A stretch of 64,000 nt of DNA. Source: Octopus sinensis. Lineage: Eukaryota. The translations under genes were made by a program, and so were the position numbers. Below, one piece after another: positions 39,411 through 53,274 of the stretch. The stretch is from NCBI RefSeq assembly GCF_006345805.1, contig NC_042999.1, positions 65,472,001 through 65,536,000 of the forward strand, in the 5' to 3' direction. The notes beneath the pieces were generated by a model. It saw only the letters and a list, made by a program, of their open reading frames with translations, had not been told where the DNA came from and did not search any database. Position 1 is the first letter of the stretch, and the number at the start of each line of letters is the position of its first letter.

Positions 39411-40480
39411 TGTGATGTGTGCAGGTGATTTTTGAAGAGAAACGTAGATGTCGTTGAGAAAGGATACTGTTTGTTACACGTTGTTTCTGATTTACATTTG
39501 TATTGTTATAATCTTGTTATAACTTCACGTTATAAAGAGGTATATGCTGTGAGTTCAAATAAGAACATAACAGTGTCGGCGAGACACAACAGAGGCAACG
39601 AGACATTCGAAGCTCACAGTGGACGTTCGTAGCATGGAAGACCTTTTAGCTCCTGTGGGGCAGTTGCAACGGCAAAGACAAGTGGGGCAGTTGCAACAAC
39701 AACGAACACTGCTGCAGTAATAAAAAAAAAATCTCATGTTCATTTTCGGCAGATGCGGTTACTAATTCTATTAAAGAATTCACGTATAATCCGGAAGGGA
39801 TTATACGTTTTCTGCATACTTCAGAAGGTATGAAGGAATCTTCACGGAAGAGTGTAAAAGCTGGACGGACGAAAAGAAGGTACGTTTTATTTTAAGGAAA
39901 TTATCATCAGCAAAACATGAAAATTTTTATAACTACATCTTGCCGAGAAAACCATCCGAAAATTGTTTTGAAGTAACAATTAACCTATTACCAAAAGTAT
40001 TCATTGAAGAAAGTTCACTATTTAATATTCGCTGGAGCGTTTGAATTTGTAAGAAAAAAAGAAAAGAAACGGAAGATTACGTTACGTATGCCGGATTCAT
40101 AAATAGAGAATGTGAAAAATTTAAACTCGACGAATTAAGCCCGGACATGTTTAAATGTTTAATCTTTGTACAAGGATTAACGCAAGTAAATATGCAGGGA
40201 TAAGGGATCGAATATATTGACAAAGCTTGAACAAGATTCAAAACTAATGCTACAAATAGTGGTTGAATAATACCAAAGAATTATAAATCTACGACAGGAC
40301 ACAGAAAACAATTGAAAAAAAGATTATTCAAATATACATACATGTCGCCCAGTAACAGATACGAAAATGAGAAAAACAACAGTCAAATCCCAAACCATGT
40401 TGTGGAGGAGGAGGAGAAATGCATTTGAAATGAAGCTGTCGTTTTAAGAATCTAAAATGTTTGGGTGGAATTTTTGAGGG
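39411..40480 (+). mobile_element. Gypsy/Ty3 remnant: 5' LTR (39411-39572) plus decayed gag
   Basis: TG..CA LTR; gag motifs EFTYNPE, FSAYFRRYE, WTDEKKVR, SLFNIRW, FKCLIFVQGL. Confidence 0.8.
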
Positions 40481-41271
40481 TAATGGAAAGTGGTGAATTA
40501 AGGCCATTGGATTGTCGGCTTGAAGAGATCGATCTTGTCTTTTCGTATTAAGAGCGAATGAATGCACCGTTTTCGCTTACCATAGAAATGTTAGCTATTC
40601 GTCAATGCATGAATCCACATACTAACCGATGACTTAAATCTGTTTACACTTTAATGGATGTCTTTAAGTAAGTATCTACTGTCAAATATTTTCAATTCAA
40701 CATCCGTGTAAATATTAGATAGTTCTGCATGCGTTTCATGATGATTATTTATGTTAACCTGAATGCTCTTCTACGCTTTCAATAATTTAGTTAACCATAA
40801 ACATCCTTCTTCATACTGAACACTTGTATGCACCTTCCTCAGGATGTACATAGTAGACCAAGAAATATATTAAGAATTTCTTAACCACATGTCCATTTAA
40901 TATTTGTAATACTTATATATATTCGGCGACGTATATGACACTGCTTTCATATTCTGTATTCGATATCATTTCCGTATTTATACATAAATGCATAATATGA
41001 TATATAGGGGTTTTACTTGTCGTATGATGGGTCAGCTTGGAGGTACATTTTTGCCACCGTGAGCAATACCACGAAATACAGCATACATAGAGTAATCATA
41101 TTTTAACTGTTATCAAATTTGCCATCCTATAAAAATATATACCTGTACGTACCGATCTCTGTGGACGCATGGGTTTATACATATTTTGTGTGTGTGTGTA
41201 TGAGTGTGTTGTTTTTTGTGTGTTTGTGTGTATGATATCTGTATGACTTGTATTTTTCTAAGAATAAACAT

Positions 41272-41435
41272 AGGCGCAGGAGTGGCTGTGTGATAAGAAG
41301 CTTGCTTACCAACCACATGGTTCCGAGTTCAGTCCCCCTGCGTGGCATCTTCGGCAAGTGTCTTCTACTATTGCTTAGGGCCGACCAAAGCCTTGTAAGT
41401 GGATTTGGTAGACGGAAACTGAAAGAAGCCCGTCG

Positions 41436-41474
<39 letters not shown>

Positions 41475-41670
41475 GTGTGTCTATGTTTGTCCCCGCAACA
41501 TCGCTTGACTACCGATGCTGTTCGGTCAGCGTTCTCGTAACATAGCGGTTTGGCAAGAGAGACTGATAGAATACGTACTAGACTTACAAAGAATAAGTCC
41601 TGGGGTCGATTTGCTCGACTAAAGATGGTGCTCTAGCATGGCCGCAGTCAAATGACTGAAACAAATTAAT
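41272..41670 (+). mobile_element. SINE family A, full length
   Basis: GGCGCAGGAGTGGCTGTGTG...TGACTGAAACAA. Confidence 0.9.
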
Positions 41671-41765
41671 GTAAAATTAAAAGAATGTTTCAGCGTGGAA
41701 GGTGTTTATAAGCTATTTAAGAAACACACAAAAGCCGTTCGATTCACTTCAACATTTAAGTTTAA

Positions 41766-41815
41766 TTTGTCAAAATATTTTCGTCGCTAAAATCCGCGAC
41801 CTGTTCACTGACAAA
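41766..41815 (-). ncRNA. Type I hammerhead, G3-C8 variant
   Basis: Exact reverse complement of 42293-42342. Confidence 0.7.
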
Positions 41816-42292
41816 AAATCCGTGCTGCATCTGAGAAAGTAACTGCTAGTTCGTCATATATATGTACGTATGTATGTGTGTATGTATGCATACATGTGTG
41901 TATGTATGTACGTATGCATGTACGTACATATGCCTGTGTATGCATGTATGTATGTATGTATGTATGTATGTATATATGTATCTGTGTGTACATGCACGCA
42001 CATACACACTATAAACATAAAGCTATAAACCTGTAGCGATGGATAGATGTAGAGTGACCACTCATCACAATAATATCAAATTTCAACTTCCCCCGGCCGA
42101 AGCCTGGAAGTGATTTACGACTCTTACTCCCAAAAAGTAATGGTCGTAAATCACATACATACATACATACATGCATACACAGGCATATGTATGTACATGC
42201 ATACGTACATACATACTCACATGTATGCATACATACACACATACATATATATGACGAACTAACTGTTACTTTCTCAGATGCAGCACGGATTT

Positions 42293-42342
42293 TTTGTCAG
42301 TGAACAGGTCGCGGATTTTAGCGACGAAAATATTTTGACAAA
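42293..42342 (+). ncRNA. Type I hammerhead, G3-C8 variant
   Basis: UUUGUCA-GUGAACA-G-GUCGC(GGAUUUUA)GCGAC-GAA-AAUAUU-U^UGACAAA. Confidence 0.7.
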
Positions 42343-43736
42343 TTAAACTTAAATGTTGAAGTGAATCGAACGGCTTTTGTGTGTTTCTTAAATGGCTTAT
42401 AAACACCTTCCACGCTGCAATTGTTTTCGTTTCAGCACACGATCTCAGATCAAATTACTTGCTATGCGAGTACATCTCCGTAATAAAAGAATGTTTTTCT
42501 TTAGAGAGATATAAACTAATTCATATATATGTGAGTAGGTTTATATTGAGACGGATAGAAATACTAAATAACATAAAAAAAAAAACAAAGTCAAGGTTCG
42601 CATTTATCAATGCTGCGAATATGAAGCAATGCTCCCTTCCTATGTGTTATTTTTTGAATTTGCTGTAAGTGGTTAACTATCTTCGAATAATGTTTCATAT
42701 AAGCTATAATCCACTAGAAATGTTATATTTTTTTACGTTTTGCTTACTTTCATATCATTGATATTTCACATTTATGATGAGCTAATCTAGTTAGTGTTCG
42801 TTGCATATCCACGGATTAATTTCTACTTTGTAGGAAAACAGCTGTTGCAAACAGAAATAATCTTTCTTTTTATTTATAGTTCAGACTAAAATATCTAACG
42901 TTATCGTCTTTAAGACAGCAAATTAAACGTCGTAATGAAAAGGATTCTTTGCTTGAGTTTCCAAATTTCAATACATCTTAATTGTTATATTTTTAAACAA
43001 GAAATCATCATTATTTCATTCACACAACTATTCTGATATTACTCATATCTTTACATTTTAACTCTCATAGACACAAACGTGATTGATAGCAATGCTGATG
43101 CACTAAATGTGTTTTCTTTATCAGAATGGTTGATACGAATATCTGATTATAAACACCTCATTTTCTAGTAATTAATTAAATAAACATCATTTATACATTT
43201 TACTAATTAATTCCATATCAATTTTTCATTCTTATTTTAACATTGTGAGGGAAATGTTTTTGTTCAGTATTACAACTACAGGGATCCGTCAAGAATTTTG
43301 AATTTGAAATCTCATGTACGGAGTAGTAACCGGATCTCTGCAAACCCTACTGAACTGCTGAGGTGTTTTTGTTTTCTACATTTTAGAGGAAGAAGGTCGA
43401 TACTCAGAACGTGTTTTTATACGTATTTCAGGCCACAGTGACTGTCAGGAGCAGATAGCAAGCTTATTGTTAGATAGGAAATCGAACGTGAATACTTGAA
43501 TTAGATTAATGGCATACATACACACACCCCAAAACACACACACACACCGACACACACACACTCACTCGCGCGCGCACACACACACACACGCACACGTCAT
43601 GTATTAGAACATTAACTTCACAGTGAGGTAAAATATCCATGAGGAATGATGTTTGTAGTATACTTAAGGTATGTATATAATATACCAAATTCAATATAAA
43701 CCGTAGATTCGGGTCAGCGTTGGCTCCAGATAAATT

Positions 43737-43942
43737 CTTTTACTTGTTTCAGTCATGTGACTGTGGTTATGCTGGAGTACCGCCTTTAGTCGAGCAAATC
43801 GACCCTAGGACTTATTCTTTGTAAGTCTAGTACTTATTCTATCGATCTCTTTTACCGAACCGCTAAGTTACGGCGACGTAAGCTCACCAGCATATGTTGT
43901 CAAGCGAAGTTGGGGGAGGGACAAAAGCAGACACAAACATAT

Positions 43943-43992
<50 letters not shown>

Positions 43993-44146
43993 GCTGGGCT
44001 TCTTTCAGTTTCCGTCTCCCAAATCCACTCACAAGGCTTTGGTTGGCTCGAGACTATAGTAGAAGACACTCGCCCAAGTTGCCACGCAGTGGGACTGAAC
44101 CCGGAACCATGTGGTTGGTAAGGAAGCTACTTATCACACAGCCACT
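43737..44146 (-). mobile_element. SINE family A
   Basis: Near-full-length match to other copies. Confidence 0.9.
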
Positions 44147-45049
44147 TCTATATATATATATATATATATATATACACGCACACTCACATATTCATAATAG
44201 TAAAAATGGTATGTTGCCAGTGACGTGTATATGACTGCATAGACAAATACTGGTGCGTCAGCATCAAGTTATAGGCATATTATAATTGACCCTACCTCCA
44301 TTAGGCGTATCATGAATACCACATGGCAATCGATAGCAGCTCTATATAAGAAGTGACAAATTCACGGATTAAGAATTTTCCACATGTGACATCTACATGT
44401 GTTTGCGTATGTGTTCATACAAATATACACACTTACATATGTGTATGTAACGAGACACAGAAAAGCATGTCACCAACTCTTTCATAATATTTATTTCTTA
44501 GCAGCTAACATAACCCATTCAGTAGAGAATCAGATGTTTACAGAGTAAGCTAATGGGAAATCATAATTATAAACTATAATTTAATTTAAATAATTATTTC
44601 ATTTCTTATTGGAAAAATAAAAACAAAACCTATTTGAAAAACCTAATTAATGGAAAGTGAATAATTTCAGCGTAGTATATTTAATGCGTTTTATTTACGA
44701 TGAGCATTATAATGATGGAGAAATATAAAGGATGTTGAATTCATTTTTTTTCAGATGTTTTTTTTTTAACTGATATATCACCAATCTCATGTTACAAGTT
44801 ATCTATAAATGCTTTTACGTTATGAAGATCAGGTACTGTGCACGTAACACTGCATTTTGGTTAATTCATTGTTACATAATGATGTCATAAGATTTTCACA
44901 CACGTAAGAGAAGCTTTCTTCGAAACCACATACTTCTGAGTCAATCCCACTGCGTCGCGCAGGAAGAAGGTTTCTTCTACTCTACACCCGGCGTGAATAA
45001 ATCATTCTAAACGGATTTGGTAGACGGAAACTGAAAGAAGCCTGTAATA

Positions 45050-45896
45050 TAATGTGACCCAAAAGTCACTGACGGGTTGCATTCTTTGTTAATTCTTTTA
45101 TTTTCGACCGCTTTTACTTACGGGAATTTTCTGGACTTGGTCCTGGAAATTAATTTTGGAAAAATGTGACACCGCACAACGCACCTAAGTAGTGAAATTG
45201 TTTTATCAAAATCAGATGTCAATTATTCAAGCCCAGAGACTACCAAAGAGCATTGTACCCCATAAAATATACAGTAGGCTGTGCAATTACGATGGATTAG
45301 ATAATCGAGCCATATTCCTTTCAGGACGATGATAGGAATGCTGTGACTGGTGAGTGACACAGGTCCATGATAGAGAACTTTTTGCACTCGGCCATTCAAA
45401 ATAGGCCCGATATGTGGTTCCAGCAAGATGACACAACTGCCCATACCGCAAGGGAGACAGTACAGTCGCTGAAGCAATATTTTGGAGAAAGAATGATCTC
45501 TTGCTACTACGATGTCAACTGGATATCGCTTTCCCCAGACTTGACCAGCCCTGACTTGTGGAGATACTTCAAAAAGAATGTTTACGTCAGCAAACCTGAA
45601 ATCTTGGAGAATATTAAAATGAAGGAGAATATCTCTGGAAAAGTCAGGGAACTGGACCCTGAAACTTTTACAGATGTCATGGAAAATATTTTGGAAAGGG
45701 TACGGGTGTGTGAATCTGAAAATGAACGGCAATTAGAAGATTTTTCATACGTAATGCACAGGTATAATGAAAAAGGACTAACGCAAATTAATCTCTATTA
45801 TCTACACTATATTGAATAAAAATTGCATGCACCTATTTGTAAAAGCAAGGGTGTTATTAAAAATTAAAACCCCTCTATGACTTTTGGGCTACCCTG
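45050..45896 (+). mobile_element. Internally deleted IS630-Tc1-mariner element (rosa/maT-like), nested in a SINE A (~44903-46170)
   Basis: TIR CCCAAAAGTCA/TGACTTTTGGG; TA flanks; WFQQD..AH and SPDL motifs in ORF 45367-45819. Confidence 0.8.
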
Positions 45897-46831
45897 TACA
45901 TCTATATCATTCTCTCTCTCTCTATCTATCTGTGTATGTGTTCATACATACATACATCTGTCTTTGCGTTTATGTTTGCCTCCTACCACTACTTCAAAAT
46001 CGGTGTTGGTTTGTTTACGTCGCTATAAATTACCTGTTTCATGAAACAGAGGGACCAATTATGTACTCAGCTTTTATAAAATAAGTATTGAGGTCGATCC
46101 TTTCGATTAAACATTTATTCATCACTGTGACCGCGCATGGCCGCCGTCTAATGACTGAAACAACTAAAACACAAAATGAAATACTCGTACTCACGCTCCC
46201 GATTAACAATGCAACCATTTCCAGTGGAGTAGTTTTCATGAGACCAGAATTTCAGTTAACGGACTCACCCCACTCTCATTTATATGCCCTCGACCATCAG
46301 CAGGAACTTTTGATGATCACTGCCCTTTGTTTTATCGATATCGAATATGTAGGATTGCACCATCGAATCTGAAATCTTCCATTTAAGACAAATTGAATTG
46401 GCAGTGATTTGTAAAAGATTTGGTTGCTATGAATGGTAGATAGAGCGGATGTGTAGAGACTTACACTTTTCTTTTTTTTTATTTCATAAGCTAATAGATA
46501 AAATGCTGTAAGATAAGTTAGTAGAGAAACTCTAGATAATTTCGTTGTCACTGGTAAGTATGATATAAGAGACGGCATATAATACGCGGTGGGGGAATAG
46601 GACAGGGAGAACGTATGTGTGCAGAGAAGAGAATGACGTCTTCGACATGATAGGAGTGTCAGGAAACAAAATAACTACAAAGGAAGTAAGACAGACTTGT
46701 AGATAGACATTTGCATATATATGAATAACGATATAAAGATAGAATGATAGAAAGTTACATACGAAATAAGGTCAATTTAAAACACAAAGTAAGGTGGACA
46801 GAAACTTATGTAAGAATCTACACACACACAA

Positions 46832-46878
<47 letters not shown>

Positions 46879-47169
46879 ATATATATAAGGAGAACAGAGT
46901 GAGAACGAGAGATTGGTAGATAGAAATATACATACATATATATATATATATATACACATATATATATATATATATAATAATAAATATTAGGGAATAAATC
47001 CAAACTTACAGGGAAAAATCAGATTTAGGATTGAATCCAATTTTATAGTAAAATATTATATTATATTAAATTAGAGACAAAACCACTATTATGCAAATCA
47101 AACAAAGAAAGACTTAAGCCAATACATAAATTAATTTATATTACTTAGAAATGTAACAATTATTAATAT

Positions 47170-47232
47170 CCACTACGATCGTTTCGTGTCTTCAATCATC
47201 AAATCTATGAGTGGTAGACATTCATCAGGTGG
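47170..47232 (-). ncRNA. Type I hammerhead in a pLTR-like repeat (~46975-47245)
   Basis: CCAC-CUGAUGA-A-UGUCU..AGACA-C-GAA-ACGAUCGU-A^GUGG. Confidence 0.8.
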
Positions 47233-47249
47233 TTTCAGAATATTCTTGG

Positions 47250-48435
47250 CGAGTTTTAAACAATGAACCAAATATGGTTTACTTTTTTAACATATTTCCC
47301 GTTTCAGGCTGCAATGGATGGATTCCATTGCTAAAGGAGCTTTCATCCACTTATTAAAACAAAAACTGTAGCAGCAGATATGACATCATCATCACTGCCA
47401 TACTGATTCCGAGCCAAGTGATTTTCAATGTTGGGGAATGGATGATGGTCAAATGGGACCAAATTAGCAGGATTGTGAAAGCCACAGTAAAGCTAGGGAA
47501 CCAATGAAACCAAGGCCTTATAAGACAAGGACTCTTCATCAGTTTTCCTGGGTGGTTTGTCGTCCAAGCCTTTCGTAGCTGCCTCAGCATGTTAGCACAG
47601 TACTCTCCGTTGATGGTCTTGCCCTTTTGATGATAATCAATAAACTCAAAACGCCTGCAACCCCCAAAACTGACACCATCAACTTGCCTGCAGATGAAAC
47701 GACCTTGGCCGTATTTGGAGCGGGAGAAACGGGGTGTTTCCGTTGCATAAATCGTTTCTTTGTTTGTGGCTCAAAGGGGTCAACCCGACACACGTCCTGC
47801 ATTTGGAGACTTCAAGAAAAGCACCTGGATGTGCCCGAAAAAATGTGAAATGTTTCCGTAATGTGATAAGACTGGTGCATTCTTGATCAGGGTTTAGAAG
47901 ACGTCGTATCCAACGAGGAGAATTCTTCATCATGCCAAGTTAGTGCAAAATATTCTCAACTCTCTCACAGTATACGTTAATAACATTAGTTATTTGATTT
48001 ATAGTCAATTGCCTGTCATCCGTCACTTATGTGGTGAACACGATCACTGTCTTACTCGGCGGTGGCAGTTGCAGGACGTCAAGACCTTAGGTCATCTTTA
48101 AGACTCTACCTTCCCCGCCTAAATTCATTTGCCTACATTTGTGCTGTTGATAAAGATGTAGCATCATACCCTGACGTAGCAAACGTATCATCACGAATAT
48201 CGTTGGTCCTAAACCCATTGTTGGTAGGAACTTGATAACACCATGATGTCAAATTTGTTCCATTTTCAAGAAAAGTCTCTACACATTACTTTTGATTTAA
48301 GATTTCAGTTTACCGGCGAGGGTGGGTAACAATGCAGTTATGATTAAAATGAGTTGACATTATTGCATGCAAGATTTCAAAGCTCCAGTATCACTCTTTC
48401 ATAATCAATCTATGAACTTTTCAACCCTCCTTGGT
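47250..48435 (-). pseudogene. Decayed mariner (DD34D-type) transposase
   Basis: GVIKFL, FRRGR.SLKDD, FEPQTK, AKVVSSAGKLMVSV motifs; many disruptions. Confidence 0.8.
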
Positions 48436-48475
48436 GCATGTACATGTGTGTTCTAAAGTGGGTTCCTCCTACTGG

Positions 48476-48757
48476 TGTGATGTGTGAATGCCGTTGTAAT
48501 GTAGTCACTGTTTTACGCTAGTAGCCCCAATAGTTACTAGTCATCAGGTACCAGTGTATCTCTTTGTACCGCGATAGTAATACACTGACTTCTATCTTAC
48601 TATCGATGAATAACTCCACAAGACACCGACTAGAACTTTCGACTCTCAACTCTTTAACTCTCAATCTTCTCTCGGCGATCGACAACTGGTCTTTTTACTT
48701 GTCCATATGACTCCTACTACTCTTTACCGGGAGTTGTATACAGCTTCACTATACTAC
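48476..48757 (-). mobile_element. Possible solo LTR
   Basis: TGT...ACA termini and LTR-like composition; no TSD found. Confidence 0.3.
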
Positions 48758-49128
48758 AGTACGTATGTATATATGTACGTATGGATATACACACATGTGT
48801 GTATGTATGTGTATATATTCCATGTATATATGTGAAATATTCCGGCTTTGGTTTGGGATTCCGACAGTCTTGGTAACCCAGTATTCGAGTCGAATGATTC
48901 TCTGGAAATACCCAACTTCACCTTAGCCATTTGCTCTATGTCAAATATACTCTTCGTATATTCGAACTTATCTGTTTGAGCAGAGACAACTTCTTTCCTA
49001 AATGATGAAGAGAAATCATATACATATATGTGTTTTTGCGAGTGTGTCTGTATGTATGTGTGTGTTGTATGCGCGCATGTGTGTGATGTGTGCGCGCGTG
49101 CGTTTAAGTGTAATGGTAAAAATAAATA

Positions 49129-49863
49129 CAAGGTGATATCAAACAGTTCTCAGACTAGGTAGGTTTCATACAAAATAACTTATTACGTTTTAACATCATT
49201 TCCTTTCAAATAGACATGTTGCGCAACAATACACCGGTCCCAGCTTTCCTGTCACTTTTGGAATCCGGCTTAGAAGTCGTTTTGCATAAGTGATTGGAGG
49301 ACCTTCTGCGATTCGGTGCGGATTTCGGCAACGGTGTTAAAACGGCAAGATTTGAGCTGCATTTTCATCTTGGCGAAGGGTTGGTAGTCGGATCATTGAC
49401 AAGGAGCATTCTCGTTGTGAGGAATCCAATTCATTGCGCTCCAAAGACCTGTTTGCTTTCACCGAAAGTTCCCCCTCAAGGGCGTCAAACGTTGCAGTAG
49501 AACTCTCTATTAACGGTCTGGCCTTGGGGGACGGGTTTTTCGCTGCATAATACCACATTTCCGGGGTGATGTTTCAAAACATTTTGTATGACCGACCCAC
49601 TGCTTCGTAGTCGTAAGCTTACCGAAGCATGCTCAATATTACTGTAGCAGACTTTCTTCCTGTCCTTAACAAAATCTCAAACTACAGCATACACGTGATC
49701 ACAAAAAAAAACAAATTTCATAACTTGCGAAGTAAGCACAGCGATGTCACTCGGCACATTGCCTCATGAAGGTCATTGCTAGCTCTCACTGCGCACGCAA
49801 CAGTGTGCTGCATTCAGTTGGTGCGCTACAGAACTAGTCCAGGAACCTTTTGACACAACTTTG
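49129..49863 (-). mobile_element. Deleted mariner-like element
   Basis: ~30-bp imperfect TIRs (CAAGGTGATATCAAACAGTTCTCAGACTAG vs CAAAGTTGTGTCAAAAGGTTCCTGGACTAG); TA flanks; KMKMQLK..RF remnant. Confidence 0.75.
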
Positions 49864-50404
49864 TATGCTAATAGTTACATAAATAAATCAGTAGTTATGA
49901 ATCGCTAGCGACGGTGGATAAAGACGTGAACTTTTGCTATAAAACTATGTCCACTATCTTATATGCGAGATGGAACACTGGTGACAAAGGTGGACTCGTG
50001 TCAGATTCTTGATGTGCCTGTGGTAGAGCTCTATGTATTCCATGGATAAGAGGAGACAAGGGAGCACCGTGGCACATTTATCTTCATGTTGCAAGTGATG
50101 CCATGTTACTTCCAGAGACGATTATCCAGAGAATCAAAAACATTTGTGTCAAACTGTATTTGCCTCTAAAATTCGAGGTGAGAAGTGTTAGTACAATTCA
50201 CTGCGCTACCGGGATAGGTAAAGGCCTCGAAGTACTTCAGGAGTTCCTTGTAACTGGCACTAATTCAGGTTCTTTCGGTCTATTAGCACATCTTGGTAGG
50301 TGTTGGTGGAGTTAGTGATTTATGAATGTCCTGAAAAGCTTGTTAACACCATCAAACAGCACCACACAGTAATGAAAGCTAGTCTCAATGCATACATACA
50401 TATA

Positions 50405-50534
50405 TGTGTGGGGGGGTGTTAAGAAGCTTTCTTCCCAACCACATCATTCTGGGTTCAGTCCTACAGCGTAACACCTTGGTTACATGTCTTCTGCTTGTAA
50501 GTGGAATTGGTAGACGGAAACTGAAAGAGCCCAT

Positions 50535-50608
<74 letters not shown>

Positions 50609-50614
50609 TATATT

Positions 50615-50659
<45 letters not shown>

Positions 50660-50910
50660 CATACATACATATATGTTTATAATAATGTGTGTGCGTGCGG
50701 GTGTGTCCATGTTGGTCCCCCATTACCTCTTGATAACCGCTGTTGGTGTGCCGACATCCCTGTAACTTAGCAGTTCGGCAAGAGCCACCGATAGAACAAG
50801 TACTTGTATTTCAAAAACATGTAAGTCCTGTGGTTGATTTGCTCGACTAAAACCCTTCAAGGCAGTGCTCCAGGATGGCCGCTGTGAAATGAGTGAAACA
50901 AGTAAAAGAA
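50405..50910 (+). mobile_element. SINE family A (diverged)
   Basis: Head, internal microsatellite and tail. Confidence 0.8.
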
Positions 50911-52759
50911 TGAAAGAATATATGTATAACACCCTCCTCATACACACACCCAGGCATATATAGGCATTTACTGAAAACCTTTAGTGAACAACTTGTAAAA
51001 CATTTCAGATGTGAAATATATTAACGTATATTTTCTGGTTTTCTTTTTTGTTACGCACAAGCCATACTATTCTTAATATATACTTCAATAAATAGTTTCT
51101 ATACGGCATTCAATATCTGCCTCACAATGCGCTTTCTCTCGGCGAAACTACTTATCTTGATAAAATTGTTAGATTACTTTCTTTGTTTCTTCCTTCTTCC
51201 ACCCCCCTTTTTTTTATTCCTCCCTAATTGCCATGCTACCATTATCATTTCTAAGAGAAAAGTAAAAATATATTCTCTTCTTGTTATATTTCATTCACTT
51301 GACCGTCTATGTCCGTTTAATCCCACTTCTAATCTCTCTTTCGCTATTTTCCTCTCTCTCTCACACGAACAAACAAGCACAAACTTACTGACACATACGC
51401 ACACACTCAGACACACATATACACACACACAACTCGGAATGCTTTTAGGAAAGATTGAAAATGTCACAACTTCACAAATTTCCATTTGTCCACATCACCT
51501 GAAAGAAACAGACTTTATTAAACTTTCGTTTTGATTTCAGTTATTTTTTCTCTCCGTTTTCATATTTTTGGAAATCAATATATTTACAGGCTTAAAACAC
51601 TGCCGACATCTTTGAAAATGACCTTGTCAAGCAAGAGGAAGGACTTTATCTCTTTCTTAAGTCACATTAGCTTGCGGATACAGTAATTCTGAATTTCCTT
51701 ACATTAGTTTTAGACATTTTGGGAAAAAGGAATTAGATTATGAACGCTGAATTCTCATGTCATTATTTATGAAAGAGTTCTGCTGCAAAGCAACCGTCTG
51801 TCTGTATAACACCACACTTTTTCTGGTGGTTAGCTTCCGAAACAGCTGTTCAAAAAATACATATATATCATTTACCGGAATTATAGATATGGTATGTAAA
51901 TGTTTATTTTAGTTTTCTTCCTTTATGATGGATACGTATGTGCAATGTGCATATCATTTGATATTCTTTAGCGGTTTCAATAAGGACACAGTAATCTATC
52001 ACATACCGTGTAGACCCCTGAGGAGAGATTTTCGTATTGAACAAAATAGTTGGTCATTCAATTACAGATGTCACTTGAATATGTTATACACAATAATCAG
52101 AAGAATCACACTGTGCTTCATTAAATTCTGCATGTATTGTGGAACACACATAAATGGAAGAAAGAGAATAATATGGCCGTGCATATAAATGCAATTAGTG
52201 TAATTAATTTCAATTTTACAAATATGATTGTCTAAATGATAATCTCTCGAAGGAATGAAACTAGGGAATAATTCATTAAATGTCTTATTCTAGCAAGGGT
52301 GTTATATCATCCTAATGCAATTTTCAAATGCACAACTACACATGCCATTGAAAGGTTGGTACCTAACATTGTGCACTATCATATCATAAGAAGGAAAGCA
52401 ACCCCTAAAACATTTTCAGTATCTCTGTGACCGGCAACAAGAAGGGGGCATGTTATTCTCGTAAGGTAGATCTGTCGCAAATGCTGGCAAATGTGTGGAC
52501 TCAAGCAAAAGAAACATTATGTGGCGTTATACTTGACGGTTTAAATCTATTAAAAACAAAGGAACAGTTCTAACTTTAAACGTTTTGGTCGACATTATGT
52601 ATGGCAAGCGACATTTGTTCACTGTGGTGTCACATTGAAGCAAAGATCTTACGGAATTGTCACCGCTATTTACTAGCAGTGAATCGAGAAAATCAAAAGA
52701 ATTAAAATCTCACTTATATATTCCAGAGTACAAGATAGTTTCGAAAAAGATATATATCC

Positions 52760-52988
52760 ATTTCTTTACTACACACAAGGGGCTAAGCACAGAGAGGACA
52801 AACAAAGACAGACAAACGGATTAAGTCGATTATATCGACCCCAGTGCGTAACTGGTACTTAATTTATCCACCCCGAAAGGATGAAAGGCAAAGTCGACCT
52901 CGGCGGAATTTGAACTCAGAACGTAACGGCAGACGAACCACGGCTACGCATTTCATCCGGCGTGCTAACGTTTCTACCAGCTCACCGT
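52760..52988 (-). mobile_element. SINE family B, full length, Tx1-type tail
   Basis: Tail reverse complement TTTGTCCTCTCTGTGCTTAGCCCCTTGTGTGTAGTAAAGAAAT. Confidence 0.85.
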
Positions 52989-53274
52989 CTTCAAAAAGAC
53001 ATATGTCAATTCAAAATGCATTAAACAAGTTAGTAAATGCTTTACTGTATTTCGTCAAATATATCCTTCCCTTCCTTTTGTTCGTACCATTCCTTTGTCT
53101 GACACCCAATGTAACTCAATCCGTCCCTGTACAGCCATTCACCTCCCCTACGATTCTTATTTTTTTATTTTTTGTTATAAACAGTTATATGTCTATATGA
53201 TGTACGTTCAATTCTCGTTGAGTTTCACTATTATCTTTTTTCATGAGAAAGTTGATAAGATATATTGTTTGTTC

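Larger units (their letters stand above)
41691..42483. mobile_element. Head-to-head inverted pLTR-like insertion with 13-bp TSD
   Basis: Near-perfect inverted arms; TAAAAGAATGTTT at 41678-41690 and 42484-42496. Confidence 0.85.

Noticed and set aside
50116-50177. Plus-strand exon with GAG|GTGAGA donor
   Set aside because: Weak acceptor and no recognisable peptide; insufficient support
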